Positions 9,361-20,141 of a stretch of DNA of 64,000 nucleotides are shown here, in pieces; the stretch's first letter is position 1; every line of letters begins with the position of its first letter. Under the pieces are notes generated by a model. It was given only the letters and a program-made list of their open reading frames with translations. It made no database searches and had not been told where the DNA came from. The DNA is taken from the NCBI GenBank assembly GCA_964480345.1, contig CAYZNW010000003.1, positions 45,493 to 109,492 of the forward strand, given 5' to 3'. The translations under genes and the position numbers were made by a program. Origin of the DNA: an uncultured Candidatus Saccharibacteria bacterium (GTDB lineage: Bacteria; Patescibacteriota; Dojkabacteria; SC72).

Positions 9361-10397
9361 TGATTTCTTCAAGCAAAGAGAAACAAAAGAATAATAGTTT
9401 GGATAAAAGTAGGAGTGATTCTTCTAAGGATGCTTCTTTGTATGAAGAGAAAATTAGACCATCAAAACTAGATGAGATAATTGGTAGAACTTTAGAAAAG
9501 GAAACTTTGAAGATGATGATTAATTCAGCAAAGAGGAGAAAAGAGGTTGTTGATCATATACTGTTCTACGGTCCTCCAGGTCTTGGTAAGACAACATTTG
9601 CTATGGCTATAGCTAATGAGGTAGGAGCTTCTGTAAAAATTACTTCAGGTCCAGCAATAGAAAGACAGGGTGATTTAGCTGCAATTTTAACAGGGCTTAA
9701 ACAAAATGATATCTTGTTTATCGACGAAATACACAGATTACCAAAGGTAATAGAGGAGGTTTTGTACCCTGCTATGGAAGATAGAGTTCTTGATATTGTG
9801 ATGGGAAAAGGTCCTTCAGCAAAGACGATTAGGCTTAGTTTGGAGCCGTTTACATTGATTGGAGCTACTACACAGATAGGAAAGATTAGCTCTCCTATGA
9901 GAGATAGGTTTGGTTTGATTCAAAGATTAGATTTCTTCTCTCAGGAAGATCTAGTATCTATTCTCTCTAGAGCTTGCCGTTTGTGGGATATTAATATAGA
10001 TAGTGAAGCTTTAGAAATACTCTCTGGCTGTTCAAGAGGTACAGCTAGGGTAGGGCTACGATTACTTAGAAGAAGCCGAGATTACGCTGAGAGTAAGAAT
10101 AAAGGGCAAATAAATACAGATGTAGTTTCAAAAACAATAAAAATGCTTGGAGTAGATAAGTTAGGGTTGGAAAAGATTGATAGGGAGCTGCTACTCTCCT
10201 TACTGAATAACTTCGCTGGTGGTCCTATTGGACTATCAACACTTGCAGCTTCTATCTCTGAAGATGAAGTAACTGTTACTGATGTTAATGAGCCGTATCT
10301 GATGAAATGTGGTTTTCTTAAGAGAACTTCTAGAGGTAGAGTGCTAACACAGAAAGGTTTAAAATATGTAGAATCTTTAGAGTATGAGAAGAAATAG
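9360..10397 (+). CDS. ruvB: Holliday junction helicase RuvB
   Basis: AAA+ Walker A 'GPPGLGKTT'. It has the RuvB-like length and motifs. Its start is TAATG-coupled to the ruvA stop. Confidence 0.9.
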   Translation: MISSSKEKQKNNSLDKSRSDSSKDASLYEEKIRPSKLDEIIGRTLEKETLKMMINSAKRRKEVVDHILFYGPPGLGKTTFAMAIANEVGASVKITSGPAIERQGDLAAILTGLKQNDILFIDEIHRLPKVIEEVLYPAMEDRVLDIVMGKGPSAKTIRLSLEPFTLIGATTQIGKISSPMRDRFGLIQRLDFFSQEDLVSILSRACRLWDINIDSEALEILSGCSRGTARVGLRLLRRSRDYAESKNKGQINTDVVSKTIKMLGVDKLGLEKIDRELLLSLLNNFAGGPIGLSTLAASISEDEVTVTDVNEPYLMKCGFLKRTSRGRVLTQKGLKYVESLEYEKK

Positions 10398-11214
10398 TAG
10401 CGAATCTAGCACAGATAGAGAGAAAAGAGGAAAGCTTCTTCTTCTTGCTGCTTTTATTGCCTTATCTCTTTTCGTAAGTAAAGTAATTCAAAAAGATACT
10501 CAAATTGTAATATCGAGAGTGTATCTTAATGCTTTGATATATTTTGTAATTGTTTTTGTTGGTTTACTTTGGGCATTTAATTTCCAAGTTAAGAGGAAAT
10601 CACTTATCTATCTTTTACAACCTGCCTTATTTGTTTTCTCTCAAGAGTTATTTGTAGAGTTTTTTTTCTTTCAGAAATTTAGCAGAATATATGAAGCTTT
10701 TATACTTCTGTTATTAGTGATAGTTGTATTTTTTGTTAACTATTTCTCCTTCCTTTCAGCAAATGTATTTAATGTAAACCTATACAAAAAGATCCCACTT
10801 GCTCAAGTGGCTAGAACATCTTCTTACATTATTTCTGTCTTAACTATGTACTTCCTTACTTTTAGTTTTTTGTTGAGTGAATTTAATGTTTATTTCTTGC
10901 TTGGATCTATATTGCCGTTTTATATGATTATTACATTAATTCACTATATTAATATTGAAGTAGAGGAGGGAGAGCTGATACGAAAGTCCTTTCTTACAGC
11001 ATTTATATCTTTCATACTTCTAATTGGAGTGTTTCTGTCTGGAAATATTCATGAAATAATTTCTATTGCGCCAGTAGTAGGGTACTATTTCTCGGTTAGT
11101 ATGGTTACTCAAGAGAATATGATTCGTGGTAATTACAAGAATATTGGATTGTATGTAATTACTTTGATACTACTGTTTATTGCTATTTTGTTTGTAAACA
11201 TTTTAGGTAGGTAG
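10384..11214 (+). CDS. polytopic membrane protein, unknown function
   Basis: About 8 hydrophobic helices; overlaps the ruvB stop. Confidence 0.5.
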   Translation: MRRNSSESSTDREKRGKLLLLAAFIALSLFVSKVIQKDTQIVISRVYLNALIYFVIVFVGLLWAFNFQVKRKSLIYLLQPALFVFSQELFVEFFFFQKFSRIYEAFILLLLVIVVFFVNYFSFLSANVFNVNLYKKIPLAQVARTSSYIISVLTMYFLTFSFLLSEFNVYFLLGSILPFYMIITLIHYINIEVEEGELIRKSFLTAFISFILLIGVFLSGNIHEIISIAPVVGYYFSVSMVTQENMIRGNYKNIGLYVITLILLFIAILFVNILGR

Positions 11215-11670
11215 ATCTGCACAGAGTAGGGGGTAGAGTGCTAAAAGCCTGTAGTAATACTGTTTCACAGAAACCCTATAGTAACTTACTTGTGGATAAG
11301 TAAATCTATCTCTCCTTCTAATTTTTCAATATTTTGATGGGTAAGTAGTTGTAATCAAATTCCAGTTTTGATGGATATCTATCAGTGTGGTGTAGGAGGT
11401 TCTACTCTAACGAGAAATATGTTACAATTAGAAAATACAGGGCCGAGTATAATGTCCCTTATATGCGGTTTGTATATAAAAACTTTAGAATAGTGCCTCT
11501 TATGCTTATTTATAATAAAATCAAAAAAGAAGAATTAAATCATTTATATATCTTCTTTTGTTTTCTTTCTTGTACTCTTCTTTTCTCTCATATCTCTCTT
11601 TTGTCAGAAATCTTCAAAATAGCCCCCTACTCTAATTTTCTTAAATTTAATTTTAATGTAATATATAAAT

Positions 11671-13005
11671 ATGAATACATTCCCTAAATTAAATGATCAG
11701 GATGATTTCCTCATCTCCTTACAGAACGATAATTACAGTCTTCAGACTATTGTTAACTATGCGAGAGATTTATGTATATTTGCTGTGTTTTTGCATTTTA
11801 GAAATGTTGATTTTATGAAGATAACTAAAAAGGATATTAGTAGTTTCAAAGGTTACTTAATTGCTGGTCAGCATCTTACAGATTTGGATAAAATTAGAGA
11901 GAAAAGTACTAGAAACATAGACACAGTAAGGCTTAATAATATCGAGGCTCTAGGAGGCTCTAGAAGGCCTTCGAAAAAAGATGCAGGTGTAAGTAGACCT
12001 TTGAGTGATGAAGAAAATGAGTCTGGAAGCGGTAAAAGGTTTGAGAGTGATTTTTTGTCTCAGATCTACAGTAAGGTATACGGTGGTCTTGGTGTCTGGA
12101 GTAATCCTCAGAATAAAGCTGGAAGAAAAAATGAGGGTTTAGATCCAAATAGTATAAATAGAATGTTGTCTGCGTTAAGATCGTTTCTTAGGTTTAGAAT
12201 AAGTTGGGATTTACCAATACCGTTGCCACCTGATGCAGTTGATATGATGAAGACTGAAAAGAGATTGAAAAAGGTTGCTTCTAAGGATGATCTTGTGTCT
12301 TTGATTGAAGCTCCTATGGAGTTTGAGAAGGATGAGAAGATAGCTATTAGGAATAGATGTATGTTAGAGATGCTTTTTGCAACAGGTATGAGGATTTCTG
12401 AGTTGATTGGATTGGATTTAGATCAGATTAATAGCGAGGGTAAGATGTATATTTGGGGTAAGGGACAGAAGGAAAGAAGTGTCTTTATGACGCCAAGAAG
12501 TCTTGATTGGTTAAATAGCTACTTGAGGGTGCGGTTAGAATTTGCATTTACTGATAGGGGGAGTGATGAACAAGATATGTTTTTGAAAGAAAATATTAAT
12601 GAGGATCAATCTAATTTAAATTTAGAGATGTTTGATAAGGGGAATAGGAAGTATATTAGGTTAGTAGAGGAATATAGGGAAAGTGGGTATTTAGAAAAGT
12701 TTGACTCCCCTGCCCTGTTTATTCCTTTTTCTGGAAGTCGTGCCAAGAAATCTGATGCTAGGATATCAACTAATCATTTTCAGGAGAAGATAGCTGAATA
12801 CAGGAGAAAGCTTGGTATTCAGATTCCGACTTCGGCACATAGTTTGAGGCATGGTTTTGCTACTTATTTGGCTGAGGAAGGTGCTAGTCCTGTTGCATTG
12901 CAGGTGTTATTGGGTCATTCTAGTCTTAATACCACGACAAAGTACGTTCATGCTAGTGAGAAGTTTGCTGAAGAGACTGTTAGAAAGAGTCATCCATTAC
13001 AGTAG
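11671..13005 (+). CDS. tyrosine site-specific recombinase, XerC/XerD family, with two low-complexity insertions
   Basis: It has an N-terminal SAM-like core-binding region. The C-terminus 'HSLRHGFATYLAEEGASPVALQVLLGHSSLNTTTKYVH' carries the catalytic RHR-Y motifs. Confidence 0.8.
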   Translation: MNTFPKLNDQDDFLISLQNDNYSLQTIVNYARDLCIFAVFLHFRNVDFMKITKKDISSFKGYLIAGQHLTDLDKIREKSTRNIDTVRLNNIEALGGSRRPSKKDAGVSRPLSDEENESGSGKRFESDFLSQIYSKVYGGLGVWSNPQNKAGRKNEGLDPNSINRMLSALRSFLRFRISWDLPIPLPPDAVDMMKTEKRLKKVASKDDLVSLIEAPMEFEKDEKIAIRNRCMLEMLFATGMRISELIGLDLDQINSEGKMYIWGKGQKERSVFMTPRSLDWLNSYLRVRLEFAFTDRGSDEQDMFLKENINEDQSNLNLEMFDKGNRKYIRLVEEYRESGYLEKFDSPALFIPFSGSRAKKSDARISTNHFQEKIAEYRRKLGIQIPTSAHSLRHGFATYLAEEGASPVALQVLLGHSSLNTTTKYVHASEKFAEETVRKSHPLQ

Positions 13006-13018
13006 TTTTAGTCGAGTT

Positions 13019-13474
13019 TTAATGTCTTAATAAAGCTCGTTCTATGTTGTCGATTTTTGTTGCATTGCTTCTTTCAATATCTAAAGATTGAGTACTATTT
13101 TGTCTCAAAATATTTATTTCTCTTCCCATATCTAAGAGTTGGTTTGTCAGTGCATTGTTTTTTTCTAATGTAGTAAGAAGTATCCCAATTAATTCTCTTT
13201 CAGATGGTTGTTGTATTTCTTGTTTTGGTGAACTTTCTAATATTTCTTTAACTTTCTTTTCTACTTGTTCGTTTATTATTTGTTTAATTTCTTCAGAAAG
13301 TTCTGGTTTTTGTTGTTCTACTTGAGGTTGTTGCGTTGGTTGTTCTGAAGGTGCTACTGGTTGTGCAGTGTTGAATTCAGGTTGGTTTGATGGTTGTTCG
13401 CTTGATTGTATGGGAGTTGTTTCTGATTCTGTTGGGAGATTATTACTTAATTCGAAATTGTTTAGCTCGTCCAT
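13019..13474 (-). CDS. hypothetical Pro/Gln-rich coiled-coil protein
   Basis: ORF only; low complexity. Confidence 0.35.
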   Translation of the reverse strand: MDELNNFELSNNLPTESETTPIQSSEQPSNQPEFNTAQPVAPSEQPTQQPQVEQQKPELSEEIKQIINEQVEKKVKEILESSPKQEIQQPSERELIGILLTTLEKNNALTNQLLDMGREINILRQNSTQSLDIERSNATKIDNIERALLRH

Positions 13475-13497
13475 AATTATTAAATTTACAAATTATA

Positions 13498-13956
13498 TTA
13501 TTGTGGTGAATCAGTAGTATCTCCCTGTGGTAAGAAAGTACTTTCTGGTTCATCTGAAGCTATAATGTTTTGATACATTTCTGTTTGTTTTGCTTTCTCT
13601 AATATTTCTTGTGCCTCCGCATCTCCACTGTTAGCTTTTTCTATTAATTCTTGTGCATCTTTGATATTTTGGTTGTAATCTTCTATTAGTTTGAAATACA
13701 TACTCTTTATAGCTTCTGTTTTTGATTCTCCATATACTGTTGTTGCAATTTCATCAATAATTGTTTCAAAATGTTCTGTGGATTTTGATTCCTCTATTCT
13801 TTTTTTTATAACTTCTAACTCTTCATCTGTAGAATCTTCTGCTAAGTCTTGGAAAAGTTGATCGAGTACCTGTTCTGAAAGTAATTCGTAAAATTCATAA
13901 ACATTTTCTTCTGGTATTCCAATCTCTTTGATTTTAGTAATTATTTCTTGACTCAT
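13498..13956 (-). CDS. hypothetical acidic protein
   Basis: ORF only; highly acidic. Confidence 0.4.
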   Translation of the reverse strand: MSQEIITKIKEIGIPEENVYEFYELLSEQVLDQLFQDLAEDSTDEELEVIKKRIEESKSTEHFETIIDEIATTVYGESKTEAIKSMYFKLIEDYNQNIKDAQELIEKANSGDAEAQEILEKAKQTEMYQNIIASDEPESTFLPQGDTTDSPQ

Positions 13957-13979
13957 TTAAGGTTATTAATATTAAAAAC

Positions 13980-15752
13980 TTATGATCCTAATAGGGCTTG
14001 GGCAGCTGCTTGTGCTGCTTCTATTGGGTTTGCATTATTGTAGAGAGATCTCCAGTATGGAATAATTTTATTAGCATTTGCCTGTCCATCTAGAAGTGAT
14101 CTTGGTACTAATCTACCTAACTCTCTGAAGAATTGTCCTTGATTAGACCCATCTATACTTCCTTCTAAGAATACAGTGTTACCTCTTATTCCTAATGTTT
14201 GTGCGTTCCAATCTAGGTCAGTAATATTGAATGTTGAGTTTTCAAATAGGGCTGAAGAGTTTCCGGAGATATTTTCTACAATGGGTTGAGCTACTTGGTC
14301 TGGAATAGTAGGAGCCGGTGAAGGAGATTCAGGTAATATTGGAGGATTGGTAGTTTGGGTTGGTGTATGTGTATCGATTGTAGGATTTGTGTTTTGGCTT
14401 GATATATGTGTGTCTACTGATGAAGTGCTATGCTTTACAAGTGCCCGATCTAAACCAAATACATTTTCTATTGCCGTTGTAAGAGCATATCCTTGAGAGG
14501 CTCCAACGACAAACGAGGAAGCATATCCTAATATATTTGCCCACCTTTCATTTCTTCTTTGTGCTTTAGCATTCTCTTCAATTTGAGTTGCTGTCATTCC
14601 TGTTATGTTTGTAAATTTCAAAGATCTTGCTTGCTCACGATATTTTTCAGATAGTTTCTTTAATCCTTTACCAACTGCTTCCCCACCTAAGAGAACTCCT
14701 ACTATACCTAATGCACTTATTGCTGGAGTAGCAATAGCAACACCTACTCCTACTACTCCACCCAGTATTTTAGCAATTTTCTCATTTCTTTTTTGCTTTT
14801 TCTCTTCTTCTATAGTTCGCTGTCTTATACGAGTATCCGTAGCTCTTTGTTCTTGTTGTATCTCAACAAATCTTCTGTATTCTGCATCAGTGAGTGTTTC
14901 GCCTCTATCCAGTTTTGATTGTAGTACATTTAATTCTTCTTGTAACATAGTATGTCGTTGTTCTGGAGTACGATTTACATAGTGACCAGAGCCTGGAGGT
15001 ATTCGGTCTGTTGGTTGGTTCGCAGGATTAGAAGTTGTTTGATTATCAGGTGTAGGAGTTTGTGGGATTACTATAAACTCGCCATCAATAATTTGATTTG
15101 ATGCTGGTACATCAGGTTTCTGAGGCAAATTGTTTTGTACATTACTATCTGTAGATTGTTTGTTACTTTGTTGATTACTTTCTTTTTCTTCTTTTGGTGT
15201 ATTATCTTCGTTCTGTTTTTTTAGTAAATCATTAAGATCTTCTATTTGCTTTTTAAACTCATCTAATTTCTTTTCAAAATTCTCTCGTTTCTCTTTCTCA
15301 TTACGAAGTTCCTCTTTTAATAAGTCAATTTCATTCTTTGTTTCTTTATGTTCTACAGGTTCGAAAGAATGTTGCTGTTGTCTATCTTCACTCTTTGATT
15401 CTGCTTTACTCTCTTCTTGGTTCTCATTATTCGTTGTAGATTGATTTAATATATCATTAGATTGTTGATTTTTTGGTTCTAAGGCATTTTGATATCTTTT
15501 AGCTTCGTCCTCTTCCATTATAGAAGAAGCTCCGAGACCTTGATTACGTCTACGAGTGTCAGCTGCATAATAAGCAATGTCACTATGTGTAAGATTATTC
15601 TTGGATATAAATTCATTATCAGGTTGTTCTTGTGTCAACGGTGAAGTATCTGTCTGGTCATCTTGTTCCTCTCTCTGCTGAGGTGTTTTAAAATCATCCA
15701 CATCATATAACTCGGACATAATATGTAGCTTTCTAAACTTATAAATCTGCAC
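13980..15752 (-). CDS. hypothetical coiled-coil protein with glycine-zipper membrane segment
   Basis: 'GGVVGVGVAIATPAISALGIVGVLLGGEAVG' GxxxG-repeat TM segment; coiled coils; Thr/Pro/Gln-rich C-terminal region. Confidence 0.45.
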   Translation of the reverse strand: MQIYKFRKLHIMSELYDVDDFKTPQQREEQDDQTDTSPLTQEQPDNEFISKNNLTHSDIAYYAADTRRRNQGLGASSIMEEDEAKRYQNALEPKNQQSNDILNQSTTNNENQEESKAESKSEDRQQQHSFEPVEHKETKNEIDLLKEELRNEKEKRENFEKKLDEFKKQIEDLNDLLKKQNEDNTPKEEKESNQQSNKQSTDSNVQNNLPQKPDVPASNQIIDGEFIVIPQTPTPDNQTTSNPANQPTDRIPPGSGHYVNRTPEQRHTMLQEELNVLQSKLDRGETLTDAEYRRFVEIQQEQRATDTRIRQRTIEEEKKQKRNEKIAKILGGVVGVGVAIATPAISALGIVGVLLGGEAVGKGLKKLSEKYREQARSLKFTNITGMTATQIEENAKAQRRNERWANILGYASSFVVGASQGYALTTAIENVFGLDRALVKHSTSSVDTHISSQNTNPTIDTHTPTQTTNPPILPESPSPAPTIPDQVAQPIVENISGNSSALFENSTFNITDLDWNAQTLGIRGNTVFLEGSIDGSNQGQFFRELGRLVPRSLLDGQANANKIIPYWRSLYNNANPIEAAQAAAQALLGS

Positions 15753-16520
15753 AAATATATGTATACAACAGGCAGATTATTATATATAGAATATGATTGA
15801 TTATGATCTATGTCAAGCGAAATAAGTAATATCTAATTGTATTTTTTGCTTAATGGAAAAACTCTAGCATGTGATTAAAGAAGTGATTGTTATTAGACAA
15901 TAAATGCTAGAGTTTATTATTCAATTACTGCAATCTTGTTCTACATAGGATTTCCCTAAGAATGCTTTGGCATTCCTGCGATATACCTAACATTTTACCT
16001 TCAATATGGTAGCATCTCTCCATTATTTGATAGTAGAAGTCCAGATTATCTTGAGGATCTATTTCGCTACATATTTTGACTAATCTGTGTATTTCGTCTT
16101 TTACATTTTCTAATTCCTCTGCTTTTTCAGAAAATGTATTGCAAATATTTGTAGATCTATCTGTGTTATTCATCCTCTATCCCTTCCTTCACCAGCAGCA
16201 TGAGGAATTTATCAATCTTATTTTCAAATTCTGTGTCGATTGTCATATTCTTTCTCCTAGTTAAGCTGTTTACCTTTCTAATATCTGTTAGACTTATACC
16301 AATAAACTGCTATGATCTCCTCTCTGTAAACTTTCATTATCGCTTTCCATATCTTCTCCTATCTATATTGTTTAATCACATGCTATTTATTCCGTATGTC
16401 TAGGAATTTATCACTAGTTTTACATAGGAAATTGTAAAGAACAGAACATTAATATGTTCTAAGAATACGATTATACTATAGGACCACTGTTTCATCAATA
16501 TCTGTAGATATTCAGAAATA

Positions 16521-19500
16521 TTGAATAATCTGGTATATTTTAACATGGTTAATACTGCAAAGAAGTTTGTCTTAATGTTTAGAAAGAGGTACGGTGTAAT
16601 ACTACTTGTTTTGTTGCTTTTTATAATCGGCCTCTTATCTCTTAGATGGGGAAAATATTTACTATCAAATGATAATTACTCACCAGAGTTAAATCCAAAG
16701 CTATCTATAGAGAGATACCTACTCTCCCCTGCATGGAGAGGCTATCGAGTATTAGGTGTACCTTCTGATAGTGAACAAGCAGATATTTTTCGATCTATAA
16801 TATTTTATATTTTGAAGCCTATACTTGCTGACTGGTTACTAGGTCAGCTATTCTATATTTTATGTTTAGTTATCGGCTCTCTCTCCACTGCATCTTTAGT
16901 ATATTCTATTCTTCAGAAGGGTAAGTTAAGGAAATACTCACAGACAGGCTTCTTTATTTCAGGAGTTATTTATATTACAACTTTATGGACAATGTGGTTG
17001 TATTACCAGAATATGGCTCCTTATATTAGCAATTTCGGATTTTTCCCATTACTTCTCTACTCTGCATATAAATATATCCAAAACTCTACTAAAAAAAGAG
17101 GCTTTTTATTACTTCTTTCAGCTATATTATTTTCATCTGTTTCTGTAATTTCTACATTATTTATTTTAGATTTTATTGCATTTCTGGGATTTATTTTATC
17201 TGTACCTCTATTTCTAGAAGTTGATAAGAGAAATATAAACAGAAAAATTATTAAAGCATTATTGATTTTTCTAGCCTCTCAGTTATTTTGGATTCTGCCA
17301 TTTATTTACTACACTATAACTAATAGTCAAAATGTAGTTGATTCATATACAAACAAAACAATAACAGCTAGTACTATAGATCTTGAGACAGAAATGCAAA
17401 GTTGGTTAAATTCTGCAAGATTATATAACCGCAATCTTTACGAAATGAATGGTGAACGTCCGCTATTTAGTATGTCAGCTGAATTCCAAGGTTATGATTT
17501 TTATAAATTAGTTGGATTACTACCTGCATTCTTCGCTCTGTTAGCAGTAGTATTCTCAATATTTAAGAAGAAGAAAACATTATGTTATTTTGTATTAGTT
17601 GCTTTTGTTTCTTGGTTTGTGATGAAAGTAATCAACCCACCTTTTGGCGAGGTATTTATTTGGATGCAGGAATCAATTCCTCTTTTTAAACAAGTTTTAA
17701 GATGGCCATTTTCTAAAGTAGGTCAGATATATGTGTGGTCTATTACTATAGTTGGTACATTTGGAATTTTGTTTTTTGTATCCTTTTTATCCTCTTTCAT
17801 CAAGAAAAGAAAAGTAAAGAAGATGTTTAAATTCTCTGTTTTATTATTTATAGTTCTTCTTCCACTACTCTATTCTGAATACATCTTTAAAGGAGAATTA
17901 TTTTCAGATAGAGCGGCAGTCGAATTACCTAAAGAATATTATGAATTAAAAGAATATCTAGAAGAAAATAATACAACGGACAGAATATTTTATGCTCCAC
18001 CATCTAATAATAACTATTTTAGACAATATAAATGGGGTTTTTGGGGTTCTCAGTTTATCTCATATATTTTACCCAATCCTATGATGGATATGTCTTCTGC
18101 TGTAGGAAGCGGTGCTGGTGAGGAGGCTATGTTGGAAATCAGTAATATATTTAGATCATATAATCGAGAAAAGTTTTACTCTCTATTGCAAAAGTATGAT
18201 GTTAAGTATGTATTATTAGATGAAAGTTTAGATTATAATGGTTATGTATTTGAAATAGAACCAGAAGGTATTGCAGAAATATTAAGTGGTTATGAAATAA
18301 TATGGAGTTCTGATTTCCTTAAATTATATAAGGTTCCAGTTAAAGAAACTCTATTAACAGAGTCTTTTTCGGGTAATAAGTTAAATGAGAATGTTTTTGT
18401 TCGAGAAACTAAACAATCACCAGCTATTGATATCTCTTCACTTCCTCTCTCAAATAAGATTTTAGTGGATAATAATATAATTGGAGAATATAAGTATGAC
18501 GGCGATACTTACTATGTGCAATCGAATCTTAGATATAATGACTTAATTAATTATCCCACTTCCTTTATTTCCAAAAAGAATGAAATCTTAGCAACTCCCA
18601 GCTACCCTCATATTGAAGGAGATAATGTCGAACTACCATTAAAGACTTTTAACAAATCTAATTATGATTATTATATTGTCGATAATAATGTGTTCTCTTC
18701 CAACCAAATAGATAAAGGAATTACTATTCAAAAAAGCTTTGCTTCTGTTAATGAGATGTTTGGAGTTAAAGAGGATAGTTTCTCTACGATTAATTTAATT
18801 CCTTCTGTATTGAAATCACAAGGTAGTGATTGTTCAGGAAATGAGATAACAAATAATACTGCTGTTCAAAGTTTGCAAGTCAGCTCTGGGTTGAATTTAA
18901 AAGGATCTAGCCTTCTCCCCTGTGTGTATTCAAAAATACATGCTCTTAATATAGCGAATAATTATGTACTTAAAGTAGATTTAAATTGGGAAGCGAATGA
19001 GAATAATTACCCAGGTTACTGTCTTTATTCGGAAACGGAGAAAAAGTGTTTAAATAAAGAAAAATTCTTTGATGTCTCCAATTCTTATGGTAATGATGAG
19101 TTCTTAATAGATACATTAGTAAAAGGTTCCGATCGTTTAACATTAATACTTTATGTTGTAAGTACGGACAATTCTTTATCAGCAGAAGCGATATTTAAGA
19201 AAGTAGAATTAAAGTATGCTCCATTAACCGATTTATTAAATATTAAAAAGAGTACTGATACTTTCACAAAATCAGATTTCCTTATGGTTAGTGGTAATAT
19301 GTATACTGTTAAAATACCAATAATCTACGGTAGCTCATCTTACGTGTATCAAGGAGGAAACATAAATAATGTTTTATGGAATTTGGTGAAGGATTCGTCT
19401 AGTAATGGCTACATTAACATCTCAGCTGATAATGGGATGAAACAAGTTGTCGAGAAACAGAGTGTAACTCAGTCTGTAGATCTGTTTAAAACAAAAAGAA

Positions 19501-20141
19501 ATGAAAAGTATTTTGTATACTGGAATGGGAAGAATATATCTAATATCCCTGCTAATCTTTGTTTTATATATTCTCTTGATGATAAATGTTGGTATCAAAA
19601 TATGTTTGATATTGATTCTGCATCTTCTCAAATTAATTTCTTTGATAGTGCTTCTATCGATGGGGAAGCAAAATTTATTTATGGTAGTGGTAGTAATAAA
19701 CTAAGATCAGAGAATATATTAAAATCTTTAGTTATTATGAAATATCCGGATTTATGGGAATCGATAGAGTATACAGGAGAAAATGGGGCACAATTTCAGG
19801 AAGTTATGTTGAAACCTACATATCCAAATAATCTTTCATATTATAAAAGTAATCTTAAGGATCTTACTTCTAATACAATAGTAAGTATTTCACAATCCAA
19901 TTCTTCGGGTTGGTTAGCATTTGGGAAAGAAGACGGCGGTTACAAACTAATTAGTAATAAAAATAAGGTTGTAATTAATGGTTGGAAGCAAGGTTGGGAT
20001 ATATCAGATAGTAGATATTCAGATATAATTGTTTTGTATTGGCCAAATGTCCTTTCCTATATAGGATATCTGCTATTAATTGTATTAGTATTTAGGTACA
20101 CAATTAAAATCTTAAAACCAAAGAAATATGAAATCAGATAG
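16521..20141 (+). CDS. 1206-aa polytopic membrane protein, putative GT-C-fold glycosyltransferase (YfhO/PMT/ArnT-like architecture)
   Basis: The N-terminus carries ~12 TM helices. A large extracytoplasmic domain and a C-terminal TM follow. The gene is translationally coupled to the GT2 gene. Confidence 0.35.
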   Translation: MNNLVYFNMVNTAKKFVLMFRKRYGVILLVLLLFIIGLLSLRWGKYLLSNDNYSPELNPKLSIERYLLSPAWRGYRVLGVPSDSEQADIFRSIIFYILKPILADWLLGQLFYILCLVIGSLSTASLVYSILQKGKLRKYSQTGFFISGVIYITTLWTMWLYYQNMAPYISNFGFFPLLLYSAYKYIQNSTKKRGFLLLLSAILFSSVSVISTLFILDFIAFLGFILSVPLFLEVDKRNINRKIIKALLIFLASQLFWILPFIYYTITNSQNVVDSYTNKTITASTIDLETEMQSWLNSARLYNRNLYEMNGERPLFSMSAEFQGYDFYKLVGLLPAFFALLAVVFSIFKKKKTLCYFVLVAFVSWFVMKVINPPFGEVFIWMQESIPLFKQVLRWPFSKVGQIYVWSITIVGTFGILFFVSFLSSFIKKRKVKKMFKFSVLLFIVLLPLLYSEYIFKGELFSDRAAVELPKEYYELKEYLEENNTTDRIFYAPPSNNNYFRQYKWGFWGSQFISYILPNPMMDMSSAVGSGAGEEAMLEISNIFRSYNREKFYSLLQKYDVKYVLLDESLDYNGYVFEIEPEGIAEILSGYEIIWSSDFLKLYKVPVKETLLTESFSGNKLNENVFVRETKQSPAIDISSLPLSNKILVDNNIIGEYKYDGDTYYVQSNLRYNDLINYPTSFISKKNEILATPSYPHIEGDNVELPLKTFNKSNYDYYIVDNNVFSSNQIDKGITIQKSFASVNEMFGVKEDSFSTINLIPSVLKSQGSDCSGNEITNNTAVQSLQVSSGLNLKGSSLLPCVYSKIHALNIANNYVLKVDLNWEANENNYPGYCLYSETEKKCLNKEKFFDVSNSYGNDEFLIDTLVKGSDRLTLILYVVSTDNSLSAEAIFKKVELKYAPLTDLLNIKKSTDTFTKSDFLMVSGNMYTVKIPIIYGSSSYVYQGGNINNVLWNLVKDSSSNGYINISADNGMKQVVEKQSVTQSVDLFKTKRNEKYFVYWNGKNISNIPANLCFIYSLDDKCWYQNMFDIDSASSQINFFDSASIDGEAKFIYGSGSNKLRSENILKSLVIMKYPDLWESIEYTGENGAQFQEVMLKPTYPNNLSYYKSNLKDLTSNTIVSISQSNSSGWLAFGKEDGGYKLISNKNKVVINGWKQGWDISDSRYSDIIVLYWPNVLSYIGYLLLIVLVFRYTIKILKPKKYEIR

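Noticed and set aside
11385-11687. 100-aa ORF upstream of xerC
   Set aside because: It lies in an AT-rich intergenic region, has no RBS, has a hydrophobic low-complexity translation, and overlaps the xerC start.
14605-14982. 125-aa + strand ORF
   Set aside because: It is antisense to the glycine-zipper region of the 590-aa gene. Its composition simply mirrors that region.
16076-16403. Small ORFs in the 15753-16520 intergenic region
   Set aside because: They are AT-rich, mutually overlapping, without RBS or motifs, and likely non-coding promoter region. The 82-aa minus ORF at 15925-16173 is left uncalled for lack of evidence.
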